Shown piece by piece: positions 10,001 to 17,755 of a DNA stretch of 39,187 nt. The stretch is from a virus (taxonomy: Duplodnaviria; Caudoviricetes). The DNA is taken from the IMG/VR virus record IMGVR_UViG_3300020045_011543, positions 1 to 39,187 of that record. One strand, given 5' to 3'. Below the pieces are notes generated by a model that ran no database searches, was not told where the DNA came from, and worked only from the letters and a program-made list of their open reading frames with translations. The translations under genes and the position numbers were made by a program. Each line of letters opens with the position of its first letter. The stretch's first letter is position 1.

Positions 10001-10167
10001 ACGCGACAAAGAACACAGCGGGCGGGCTTGCGGCAGCCGTGTTAATAGGAGCCGGAAAAGCTGTTCCAATTGCTTCGACTACCGATTTCATCCTATACAT
10101 AGACGCAACCGGACTTGCTAACAGCACCCGGTATGATTTCACGTACACAGTTTCATCTGCAAACTAA
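7024..10167 (+). CDS. Tail fibre/spike-like protein with N-terminal signal peptide
   Basis: Gly/Thr/Ser-rich, with fibre motifs 'TPGSYGSATQVPGYTVDAQGRLTAA', 'GGTTASRP' and 'ERVRIDAAGLVGIGTTSP'; N-terminus ...FRLVFLLCLPLFGFA|QQ. Confidence 0.75.
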   Translation: MEILTKLSPIFRLVFLLCLPLFGFAQQFPVNNQKIVQGVGTSAQGISSYSSSPPTVNPATTTWRHVTSLHMDTVLQVQYIYKRPRWYPISVVRDTVAPPATKTSGSATIDYTESIWQNTVDSLTYYYEEENGCWQPIGTYISSTTPSDVAATGSTGAICYGYGLWYDPDVDSIYAQQGATWTAIGAGGGGGGGSFDDWTAAADSGTPAVISDGETVTFSGGTGLSSAISGNTITTNLDNTAVTPGSYGSATQVPGYTVDAQGRLTAASNTSIQIAQSQVTGLADSLGTAISGSGTNLRIPVWTGTSSLGSSTLLQSATGQTLDANLAFRITGGTTASRPTGAAGMWYWNTTNTTMEVHSGSAWGSYLYSAAANGAGTSGRVFYANANGAAAADDDLYWDFSNNRLGVNIAPTTQIHLTSSATGSGLINSGINIVNTAAAGYANLSFNNFNSQIAETNASFSSGGLIGNTFGHFTNAANGISLIAYNATGQIKLFTGGIATTNERVRIDAAGLVGIGTTSPDRLLHAELSGSATTTIGYPFRATHITSGTAAAGFGAGMEFEAESAGGTNRVAGTIENPYTDATNAAEVSDLVFRTMRAGTLTESLRSLGNGTLQIGTLTGTATQLMGATSGNIATAVTLGAGLSFSSGTLNGAFLPLTLTGATEVNTAGQNLYFRDAGAYPFTFMNNSYWVAASSVNNYIDVGSTASNVNIVSDGLIWLNSSLNLELQSTARTLIDADSIVIEATLPVNTNATHVLVRDVSTQRLEEKTISSIGSGVYLPLSLSGTTEVVTNGNQLTFRDSDSNPYLALTSGTLEIGTAASTVFNMTGADIDISAGGTGGDVYMYGIAGVVIESDADISVAADLGVLSVTGSTVTASSTGDVNITADVDLSLIGTNIINMQSSGNLDVDVANLIVNSPAQVENLVGLSAAPSLGIANAGSGATVTGYSAESSNVSGRFTFTTGTGSMTGGNVVTVTFSSLTWPQVPIVQIGADATKNTAGGLAAAVLIGAGKAVPIASTTDFILYIDATGLANSTRYDFTYTVSSAN

Positions 10168-10178
10168 TTCAGACAGAT

Positions 10179-10829
10179 ATGAAAAAGACAATTTTTTTCT
10201 CAGCTCTTACCCTACTTGCCACAATAGCAACCGGACAACGGGAGCTTACAAAGGACAGCCTCGGCGCGCTTACTAACACCGCCGGCGTATTTTTCCAAAC
10301 CCGGTATTTGGCCTACGACAACGGCGAGGCTGAAACCTTCACAACCCGGATCGGAGACAGTCTAACCGTTAACAATTTCCTGACCAATCAAGCTGTCGAG
10401 GCCGGCAATAAGTTTGCACAGGCAGCAATTGAGGTCTTGCAGCGGGGAACGGTGGTTAATCGAATCCGGGACATTAACGCAGCGATGCAGGGCGCAACCG
10501 GGCGCAGCACCTTAGATGCTATGCGATCATTATACTACACCCAACTTGTTGACACGGTAGGCGTAGATAAGGCGTACACATGGCGCAACAGCACCAATAC
10601 AGATATTAATGTCCGCTATCTTGCTAATGGCAATATCCGATTTTCTGGCCTTCCTGGAATCAGTGGCGCAACCCGTACAGGGGATTTGTTAGGCGCTAAC
10701 TGGTTACGGATCAACAACTTTCCAACCAACAGCGCAACCTACCTATATCGGCTCAAGGATGGGCGTTGGCTGACGATTGATCGGGCAAATGAATTGCGGC
10801 GGGTAGGAATAATCGTAAATCAAAACTAA
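10179..10829 (+). CDS. Secreted hypothetical protein
   Basis: MKKTIFFSALTLLATIATG|Q, a Bacteroidota-type signal peptide ending before Gln. Confidence 0.7.
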   Translation: MKKTIFFSALTLLATIATGQRELTKDSLGALTNTAGVFFQTRYLAYDNGEAETFTTRIGDSLTVNNFLTNQAVEAGNKFAQAAIEVLQRGTVVNRIRDINAAMQGATGRSTLDAMRSLYYTQLVDTVGVDKAYTWRNSTNTDINVRYLANGNIRFSGLPGISGATRTGDLLGANWLRINNFPTNSATYLYRLKDGRWLTIDRANELRRVGIIVNQN

Positions 10830-10835
10830 TAAGAT

Positions 10836-11279
10836 ATGAAAAAATGGAATTGGTCTAAAATCATGCAAGCTATCCTGCTGCTCATCGGCGCAATTGGCGG
10901 CGGTACGTACATGGTGAATGAAAGTGGCATTATTTCATCTGCGCCAGAACAAGAGGCGGCGCAGGAAATCTATGATGCTGCTCCCGTTGCCCCGATAAAA
11001 TACGTGGTAGACGTACAAGTTGTGTGGAAGAATACGCCGCAGGGTTTGCCGGGTACGCACTACTTATTAGCTATGCACCGGGTTGAAATGCCAACCGTTC
11101 CGAACATCGGGAACACTTTCAACGAGGTGAAAAGATTATTTGTAGCGGGCAAGATCAAAGCCCCTGTTGATGATTTTGTTCCGGTATATGGGTACACAGC
11201 GGAATTAATTGCAAGAACAGGAATACCCTTAGCGGAGCCGCCTGCAAAAACTACACCAGATAACCCGTCCACGAAATGA
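10836..11279 (+). CDS. Membrane-anchored hypothetical protein
   Basis: N-terminal hydrophobic helix (IMQAILLLIGAIGGG). Confidence 0.65.
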   Translation: MKKWNWSKIMQAILLLIGAIGGGTYMVNESGIISSAPEQEAAQEIYDAAPVAPIKYVVDVQVVWKNTPQGLPGTHYLLAMHRVEMPTVPNIGNTFNEVKRLFVAGKIKAPVDDFVPVYGYTAELIARTGIPLAEPPAKTTPDNPSTK

Positions 11280-11803
11280 AAGCGATAATACTACTTCTAT
11301 TCCCGGTTTGTGTTTTTTCACAAACAACTATTCCAAACCCGATGCCGGGCGAAGTGCAGGTATTTGTCGCCCCTTCGGCAAAACCCGTACCCGAACAGGC
11401 GTACAAGTTCCCGCTCCGTTCTGCCTTGTTCGGATTTGGATCGGGCGCAGCATGGGGTATACATGAAACGTGCGTGAACTGGCCGGATAGAATACCGCCA
11501 AGCTGGAACGAATACTTTTGGGATAACCGCGTAAGCTGGGAAAACAAGTACAAGCGCGGGGAAGATGGTGAGTTGTTGCAGCCGCTGACCCCTAAGTTTT
11601 GGGGTAGCACATCGTTTTTTGTCGCTACCACGGACGCAAAACACTTGTTTGCATCCGTGCATCGGTGGGGTATGTTGGGCGCAGGAATAAGTATCGGCAT
11701 CGGTGAGAAACGAAAGTGGTGGCATTACGCGGCGGATATTGGTATTACGGCGCTGGCATACGGGGCGGGGTTTCAAGTGTCTACATTTGCGTTTAGGCTG
11801 TAA
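11276..11803 (+). CDS. Signal-peptide/membrane hypothetical protein
   Basis: MKAIILLLFPVCVFS|Q, 'SWENKYK...TDAKHLF' segment and Gly-rich hydrophobic helices; ATGA overlap. Confidence 0.7.
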   Translation: MKAIILLLFPVCVFSQTTIPNPMPGEVQVFVAPSAKPVPEQAYKFPLRSALFGFGSGAAWGIHETCVNWPDRIPPSWNEYFWDNRVSWENKYKRGEDGELLQPLTPKFWGSTSFFVATTDAKHLFASVHRWGMLGAGISIGIGEKRKWWHYAADIGITALAYGAGFQVSTFAFRL

Positions 11804-11805
11804 TG

Positions 11806-11835
11806 AAAAAAGCCCCGTGCAAAAGTGCGCGGGGC
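11806..11835 (-). terminator. Intrinsic terminator of the leftward cassette gene
   Basis: GCCCCGTGC/GCGCGGGGC stem with an A6 run on the left (U-tract on minus strand). Confidence 0.65.
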
Positions 11836-11866
11836 AGTGCGGGTGGGGGGGGGGTAATTCTTGTTA

Positions 11867-12178
11867 CTAAAATCCGCCGCCTAAAAGATAGGCGCGATAC
11901 GTGCTACGTGGCACGTGGCGGTTATCGCTACCTATGTAGCCATAGGCTACTTTTTCTACCGCCTGCAAGTGAGTTGGCGCGGGTATCCCGCAGCGCTCAC
12001 ACTGGCCATCTAACGCCTCCGCCGAAATGACGCGCTGCTTGTAATCACTTGACCAGTCGCCTATACTGGTTAAGTGAAAATAACCGGGTGCGCCCGGACT
12101 TCCAAAATAGACCTCTTGAAACCCTTGCGAACGCAGGGCAGAGGCCTTTTCTTTTGTGTGAACTATTTGCAGTTGCAT
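11867..12178 (-). CDS. Small accessory (moron) protein with its own promoter and terminator
   Basis: ATG preceded by the conserved cassette leader and promoter; contains CERC. Confidence 0.75.
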   Translation of the reverse strand: MQLQIVHTKEKASALRSQGFQEVYFGSPGAPGYFHLTSIGDWSSDYKQRVISAEALDGQCERCGIPAPTHLQAVEKVAYGYIGSDNRHVPRSTYRAYLLGGGF

Positions 12179-12210
12179 GATCGTTTAATTTAGTTGTTTA
12201 ATTGATACTA

Positions 12211-12298
12211 CAAATATATAGGCACCCGCCCCCGAAACCCAAAAACGATCTACCAAAGTAAGCAGTTTATAGACGAACGATTACAACTACCCGACCAA
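12211..12298 (-). promoter_or_regulatory. 21-bp-phased box promoter
   Basis: Minus strand: TTGGTCG (12298-92), TTCGTCT (12277-71), TTGGTAG (12256-50), then TATATTTG (12218-11). Confidence 0.7.
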
Positions 12299-12302
12299 CA
12301 AC

Positions 12303-12383
12303 AAAAAAGCCCGCACTTTGCAGCGCAGGCTTACTATAACCCCAAAAAACCAAAATGAAAAACAATTTACTAAAACCCTATCA
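12303..12383 (-). ncRNA. Candidate ~80-nt sRNA
   Basis: Consensus promoter TTTG(12418-15)-N19-TATATTTG(12395-88), no ORF, and terminator GCCTGCGC-TGCAAA-GTGCGGGC-TTTTTT. Confidence 0.55.
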
Positions 12384-12491
12384 GCTACAAATATAACGCC
12401 ATTTATCAAAAGAACAAAATATTAATTTCTATCTGTCCCTCCCCTCCATCCCGGCGCGTTGCCGGGTATGGGGGCTTTTAAAAACACGACC

Positions 12492-13955
12492 ATGAAAAAG
12501 ATTTTCATTTTCCTTTTTTCTATTCTTTCCTTTTCAGGTTTTGCGCAGGAAGAACAACCGGACTTCGTTCTTCCGCCATTCACCATCGAAATGGAAGCTG
12601 TGCGCAGCCTTGCCCAAACCGTGGACTACTGGCACCCGCTAATGGAATCAGAACAGGCATGGAGCCAAAACACGGGCGAAGGCGCGGTGGTATTCATCCT
12701 GGACACTGGCCAAAACCCGCACCCGGACTTGTCAAGCAGCGGCCAGCAGCACAATTTCAACACCACGCCGGAAGCTATGGCAGACGGTAACGGGCACGGG
12801 AGTTATTGCGCCGGCGTTATTGCAGCACAGGATAATACATACGGCGCATTAGGCATTGCCCCCGGCGCTACTATCGTGTCCGGCAAAGTGATGCGCAACA
12901 ACGGCACGGGAAGCAATACCGAAATTGCAGCGGGTATTCGCAAGGCAGCCGACGTATATGCCGCCAACTTTTCGCAGTACATCGGCATTTTGTCTATGAG
13001 TTTTGGCGGTGGTTCTCCAATGCCCGACGTGGAACAGGCTTTACAGTACGCGGTTTCAAAAGGCATGGTGTTAGTCGCTTCTGCTGGCAATTCAGGTTTT
13101 CCTGGCACCGGGAATACAATGGGCTGGCCTGCCCGGTACGACTTCGTTATTTCCGTTGCAGCACTTGACCAACAATCAAAGCCAGCCCCGTTTAGTTCAG
13201 GTGGTGAGGGCTTGGATTGCACCGCCTATGGTGTCTCTATCTATTCCACCAATCAAAACGGTGGCTATGGCCGGGTTTCCGGCACCAGCTTTTCGGGGCC
13301 AATGGTGGCGGGTGTTTGCGCGCTTATTGGAACTTACCACCGCACGGCGCTATTAGCAGGCGATAAGGGAAAGATTAACGAGCGAGTGCAGGAACATGTT
13401 CGTAAGTACGCAAGCGACCTCACGGGTACAGGCTATGGTTCGGGGTGGGATGCCCGTACGGGCTACGGACTTCCGAAAGCTACTGTTTTAGATAAGCCTA
13501 TTCCCGGAGGTACTACCACACCAGACCCACCTACGCAGGCAGCCCGTAATATCAATATCACAGTAAATGGCGTCTATCCAATGGTGTGGCGTCCGGCTGA
13601 TTCGGAGTTATTCAAAACACTAAACATTGAATTTGAGGTAAAGCACCTTTCAAAACAGGGAGCCGAAAAAGCACATGCCGACGCAAGCGCATGGATTGCC
13701 GGATTCTTTACACAGCGTGGGTTTATACTGCTTCCGGGCAATGATGATTGGGAGGCTGTTTTTTGGTGCAGACACTTCACAGAAGTGATAAGCAAAGTAC
13801 AGGGCGTACCGCTTACATGTATGCGCATAACGGCCACAACAGAGGGCGGGCAGACATTCACACTGGAAGATAAGGATAGGCGCGCAGGGGCCACAGCTAA
13901 GGCAAAGGCGGGTATTAAGGCGGGAGTTATGACCGTTAGCTTTTCAGGCGAGTAA
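12492..13955 (+). CDS. Secreted subtilisin-family (S8) serine peptidase with C-terminal extra domain
   Basis: Signal peptide MKKIFIFLFSILSFSGFA|Q; catalytic ILDTG, GHGS, oxyanion ASAGN and GTSFS. Confidence 0.92.
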   Translation: MKKIFIFLFSILSFSGFAQEEQPDFVLPPFTIEMEAVRSLAQTVDYWHPLMESEQAWSQNTGEGAVVFILDTGQNPHPDLSSSGQQHNFNTTPEAMADGNGHGSYCAGVIAAQDNTYGALGIAPGATIVSGKVMRNNGTGSNTEIAAGIRKAADVYAANFSQYIGILSMSFGGGSPMPDVEQALQYAVSKGMVLVASAGNSGFPGTGNTMGWPARYDFVISVAALDQQSKPAPFSSGGEGLDCTAYGVSIYSTNQNGGYGRVSGTSFSGPMVAGVCALIGTYHRTALLAGDKGKINERVQEHVRKYASDLTGTGYGSGWDARTGYGLPKATVLDKPIPGGTTTPDPPTQAARNINITVNGVYPMVWRPADSELFKTLNIEFEVKHLSKQGAEKAHADASAWIAGFFTQRGFILLPGNDDWEAVFWCRHFTEVISKVQGVPLTCMRITATTEGGQTFTLEDKDRRAGATAKAKAGIKAGVMTVSFSGE

Positions 13956-14016
13956 AAAGGCAAGTTAGGAGAACTCAAAATCCGGTTTATCTGCATACCA
14001 CACACAATCCTTTGTT

Positions 14017-14448
14017 ATGAAAACTAAACTAATCAGTATGTCCAGATTAGCCAAATTCGCATTTTGGGTAGAAACCTTATTATCACAGTTTGCGGGGTTC
14101 TTAATTCACTTCTTTACCCCGATTGCTCCGTTCATTATTGTTACTACGTTGCTTGTTTTCATAGACCAATATACGGGGCGCCGGGCGGCAAGAAAACGGG
14201 GAGAACAAATAACATCGGGCGGCATGAAGCGAACAATAGAAAAACTTGCATTGTATATGCTTTCTCTTGTCGCAGCCGAGGCCGTATACAGGGTTTTTCT
14301 AATGCAAACAATCCCATCTGCGCACCTGACGTATGGTGTTGCGGCGCAAATTGCATTCACCGAACTGAAAAGTAACTTAGAAAACGTGGCAGAGGTAACA
14401 GGGACAAGGGTTAACCTTGTGGCAATGATCCGCTTCTGGAAAAGATAG
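14017..14448 (+). CDS. Phage holin (holin-4/TcdE-like)
   Basis: TM helices with 'LVFIDQYTG...ITSGGMKRTIEKL..Y...ELKSNLEN'. Confidence 0.8.
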   Translation: MKTKLISMSRLAKFAFWVETLLSQFAGFLIHFFTPIAPFIIVTTLLVFIDQYTGRRAARKRGEQITSGGMKRTIEKLALYMLSLVAAEAVYRVFLMQTIPSAHLTYGVAAQIAFTELKSNLENVAEVTGTRVNLVAMIRFWKR

Positions 14449-14480
14449 GCTTTATAAATTCACATAAAAATTCACAAACC

Positions 14481-14852
14481 ATGAAAGAAACGACAGAATT
14501 GTTCGACTTTATTTTTGAATCGGGCGCAATTGCAATCAAGGAATTAGCAGACGGTGCGCAGTGGCAGGACGCTATTGCATTATTGCCGCAAATCCTGAAA
14601 GCTGGTCCCGCCTTTGCCGGATTGGATGATTTGAAAAGCGAAGCGCTGAACAGCACCCCGCAACAGGTAGAAGATTTGTTTGCCCGCCAAACGACGCGTC
14701 TTGTTGGCGCAGGCGTAGAGCCATTCACGGCAAATGCTATTGTAGCGGGACTGAAAGGCGCTTACTACACGTTTGCAGCCATCGAAAAAGGTAAGACCGA
14801 GGCTGTCCCGGTAATTGAAACAGAGGGATGGGTAAGCGACACAAGCGCTTAA
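14481..14852 (+). CDS. Hypothetical protein after holin
   Basis: Strong A-rich initiation region; amphipathic helices. Confidence 0.7.
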   Translation: MKETTELFDFIFESGAIAIKELADGAQWQDAIALLPQILKAGPAFAGLDDLKSEALNSTPQQVEDLFARQTTRLVGAGVEPFTANAIVAGLKGAYYTFAAIEKGKTEAVPVIETEGWVSDTSA

Positions 14853-14901
14853 TTTCATGGGATGTGCCAATTGGCACGTTACGCGCCGGGTAGTATGGAA
14901 A

Positions 14902-14931
14902 CGCCCGGCGCTCTTTAGGGGGCGCCGGGCG
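14902..14931. terminator. GC-rich hairpin between convergent genes
   Basis: CGCCCGGCGC/GCGCCGGGCG 10-bp stem. Confidence 0.6.
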
Positions 14932-14935
14932 AGGT

Positions 14936-15181
14936 TTATACGAAATATTTTTCGCACACGAACAGGGGATACGACGCCCACAATTTTGGGTCGGCGGTTT
15001 CAGCCAGAACCCCAAAATTGGGGTGTGTAATTTTATTTGGCGAAATGGTCGCCTCCTCTATAAACTCCGCCATTGTTTCGACGGAATCCGTTATGTAGAG
15101 GGTTTGATACCCCCTTCCATTGTGTACCATAAGGCATGTTTCAGGAATGTTTGTCGTTGCAATATCTTTCAATTTTGCCAT
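14936..15181 (-). CDS. Hypothetical protein
   Basis: ATG start; ends at the convergent hairpin. Confidence 0.6.
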   Translation of the reverse strand: MAKLKDIATTNIPETCLMVHNGRGYQTLYITDSVETMAEFIEEATISPNKITHPNFGVLAETADPKLWASYPLFVCEKYFV

Positions 15182-15364
15182 CTACTTCTCCCGCCCGACT
15201 TCGCGGCTTTTTGTTACCCTGCTTGCGTTACGGCAGGGGTTAAAAAAAATTAGAGCGATAAGATCAGACGCGTTTCCGCGTCTAATGTACATGGATTGGT
15301 AGCGTTGATGCAGCTACAAGCGATTGCACCCAGGAATAGAACAACCGCACCTATAATAATAAGG

Positions 15365-15658
15365 TTAAGATTCCATGCATTCCAAAATATGCTTACCTGA
15401 CATAAACGCTAACGCTTGAGCATCAATATCAATATTTCTGCTCGAAAACTTAGATAAGTCGAACAAGATGGACTTTACTGCAAAAAGCGCAGTACAGATA
15501 AATCCTCTTGAGGCCACAACGGCCCAAACTTCTTTTTTAGAATTGCAAAAATACAGTTCGGCAAGTAAGGCCAAACGGCTTTTGTATTTTCGCATATCAT
15601 TGGCGGACAACCCGCCTTTAGGGTTAAATGTGCTGTCTATTATTTGCTGGCTGGTCAT
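15365..15658 (-). CDS. Small accessory protein
   Basis: ATG with AAACAAAA leader downstream of a boxed promoter. Confidence 0.7.
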   Translation of the reverse strand: MTSQQIIDSTFNPKGGLSANDMRKYKSRLALLAELYFCNSKKEVWAVVASRGFICTALFAVKSILFDLSKFSSRNIDIDAQALAFMSGKHILECMES

Positions 15659-15694
15659 TTTTGTTTGCCGTCTGCCTTATTGCTTCTGACCCTA

Positions 15695-15782
15695 CAAATA
15701 TACGCCCACCCGCCCCCGAAAAGCAAAAGCCTTCGACGAATCAAAGGCTTTTATATACGAATCTAACCAACCGCCCGACTAA
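15695..15782 (-). promoter_or_regulatory. 21-bp-phased box promoter
   Basis: Minus strand: TTAGTCG (15782-76), TTCGTAT (15761-55), TTCGTCG (15740-34), TATATTTG (15702-695). Confidence 0.72.
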
Positions 15783-15991
15783 TCTTGAATTAACCGATAC
15801 CCCGCACACCGCCCCGGCCTGCCGAGCCGGGTGGTGAAGCGGATCACGTAGCTTTCTATTTTGTGCCCCTGCTTTTTTAAGTCCCAGATACGGGCGGCAA
15901 GGCGGTGAACCCCGTAGCGTTCGCGGGCCACTATATCGGTAATCGAGCCGCGTTTTTGCAGGTGGGCGAGTACTTGGTCACGCTGGTTCAT
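15779..15991 (-). CDS. Small winged-HTH protein (HTH_39-like)
   Basis: 'QRDQVLAHLQKRGSIT...YGVHRLAARIWDLKKQGHKI'; ATGA-coupled to the upstream membrane protein. Confidence 0.75.
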   Translation of the reverse strand: MNQRDQVLAHLQKRGSITDIVARERYGVHRLAARIWDLKKQGHKIESYVIRFTTRLGRPGRCAGYRLIQD

Positions 15992-17532
15992 GCTTCGTTA
16001 TTTTCGCCGTTACCCAATACGTCCCATTCGTACTCGTTTTCCACACCCCCACCGACTTTTCCGCCCTTCGTAATAATCCACTTGTTGCCATCTTTTTCTT
16101 CGCACCTGTACCCGTTTTCCCGAAGCCAAGCCGCGTGCTGCTGCACCTTCGCATCACTCGAACCCCGGTAAGTCGAAGCGGCCCGGAATCGCTTTACAAA
16201 AGCCTTAACGCCTTCGCTATCGTCAGGGGACGGGTATTGCTCTACCCCTACCCCAATTCCTTGTTCTGCCCGTTTTTCTGTTTCTGTGTGTTCTGTCCAT
16301 GTTTCTGTGTTTCTGTTCTGCCTTTCTGTGTTCTGTTCTTTTTCTGTCTTATATGCTTCTGTCTGTCTTTCCGCGTCCCGCTTCCAATGTTCCCGTTCCC
16401 GAATTTCCTGTTCGGATAGGGTACGGCCTAACACGTCTGTCTTGCTCGCACTACGGGGGAGGGTAGCCGTAATGGTACCGTTGTTTTGCACCTGAAAGTT
16501 AACCCGATCCTTTACCCCGAGCGCACGGGCAAGGCCGGAAATCATACCGTTACCCGCTTTTTCCTGCGCAGCCCCAAAGACTTTGCCAAGCGTTGCGGAC
16601 GGCTTAACGGCGTCGCCTGTTTCCGCTTCATATATTTCAACCATTACGCAGCAGATAACGAAAAGCGAAAGGGATGCGGCCATAACATACCACAGGACGC
16701 CCGTATAGTTGTTCAGGCGGGTGTTGTGTCCTGCCAATGTTGTTGTAATAAGCCCTGTTAATTTCTCGTTTCCGGCAATCACTTTGCCACCCTGCTCTTC
16801 TACATAAGCATCCAGTTTTGCCTGTGCTTTATCAAGGTTGCGTTTCGCCTTTTCGATACCCCGCTCCCCTTTCTGGGTAGCGGATGCAACAGCGGATGCT
16901 ACCTGTTGCCGCGCCCAATCATTTCCGCTGTTTGCAAGCCGTGCAACCTCCGCACCTTTGCTTTTCCGGGCCGCTTCTATTAGGTTCTGTGCTTTCTGTT
17001 CTGCTTCTGTTACTGCGTTCTGTGCGTTTTGTACAGAATTTTCCAACGACTTCTGTCCTGACAGAAACACGGTATTATTCTGTGCCATTGCGTTTTGTTC
17101 AGTAGAGGTGTCCGCCGTTCCCGTGACCATGCCGCCGAGGTCAGGGGTGACAACAAAGTTCATGTAAGCGGAACCGGCGATCATAATAATGGCAACAATC
17201 ACAGCTATCCAGTCGAATAGTTTCATAAAGCCGCTTTTCTGATTGAGCCGTACCGCTTCGCCCGGTTTCATGCCGCATATACGAAGCACAACATTAACAG
17301 CATAAGGCAGGAAAACAAGGGCTTTCTGATCCAGTAACCAGTAAAAGCCCAAGCCCCCGCAAACAGCTAAAATTGAGTGGGTAAGGGGTGAAACATTGGC
17401 GGCAAGCCAAGTCCAGTTCATTACAAGCATCCACCCAACGGCGGCGGTGCCTAAAGCTAAGATAACGTGTGCGCCCATCATCACACTACGGGCATTGCGG
17501 GCGATGTCCCGCGCAGGATTTTGTTCTTTCAT
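15988..17532 (-). CDS. Multi-TM coiled-coil membrane protein with low-complexity TE/QN repeat
   Basis: Three N-terminal hydrophobic helices, a long coiled coil, a fourth TM, a T/E/Q/N repeat and a small basic C-terminal domain. Confidence 0.8.
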   Translation of the reverse strand: MKEQNPARDIARNARSVMMGAHVILALGTAAVGWMLVMNWTWLAANVSPLTHSILAVCGGLGFYWLLDQKALVFLPYAVNVVLRICGMKPGEAVRLNQKSGFMKLFDWIAVIVAIIMIAGSAYMNFVVTPDLGGMVTGTADTSTEQNAMAQNNTVFLSGQKSLENSVQNAQNAVTEAEQKAQNLIEAARKSKGAEVARLANSGNDWARQQVASAVASATQKGERGIEKAKRNLDKAQAKLDAYVEEQGGKVIAGNEKLTGLITTTLAGHNTRLNNYTGVLWYVMAASLSLFVICCVMVEIYEAETGDAVKPSATLGKVFGAAQEKAGNGMISGLARALGVKDRVNFQVQNNGTITATLPRSASKTDVLGRTLSEQEIREREHWKRDAERQTEAYKTEKEQNTERQNRNTETWTEHTETEKRAEQGIGVGVEQYPSPDDSEGVKAFVKRFRAASTYRGSSDAKVQQHAAWLRENGYRCEEKDGNKWIITKGGKVGGGVENEYEWDVLGNGENNEA

Positions 17533-17560
17533 TTCTATCTGTCATTAAGTGAATAAAAAA

Positions 17561-17723
17561 CAAATATAAGACAGACTTGGCAAAAATCAAAACACAGATG
17601 ATTTCTGTGCGCACAGAAAAAGAAAAGGATTTCTGTGTTGTCGAACAGAAGTATATTTTGGTCGGGAAAAACCCGCACTTGGTCGTAAACATTGCCCGAA
17701 AAAAAAGTTGGCTTGTATCTTTG
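17561..17723. promoter_or_regulatory. Divergent control region (leftward promoter, 18-bp palindrome, rightward boxed promoter)
   Basis: Minus TTTG-N19-TATATTTG (17591-17561); perfect palindrome TTTCTGTGCGCACAGAAA at 17602-17619; GTCG at 17640/17661/17682; TATCTTTG at 17716-23. Confidence 0.72.
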
Positions 17724-17755
17724 TGGTATCAGTTAACAGTAAAACAATTACGACA

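Noticed and set aside
7024-10167. Diversity-generating retroelement target in the fibre
   Set aside because: No reverse transcriptase and no adenine-variable template/variable repeat pair seen.
11803-12030. Plus-strand 75-aa ORF
   Set aside because: Runs through a terminator and G-tract, antisense to a gene with its own promoter and leader.
12492-13955. S8 protease as prohead maturation protease
   Set aside because: Carries a Sec signal peptide and lies next to the holin, not the scaffold or capsid genes.
15249-15390. Hydrophobic lipoprotein-like minus-strand peptide (LIIIGAVVLFLGAIACSC...)
   Set aside because: No in-frame ATG/GTG/TTG start between the upstream stop and the hydrophobic stretch; possibly a frameshifted remnant, but not supportable.
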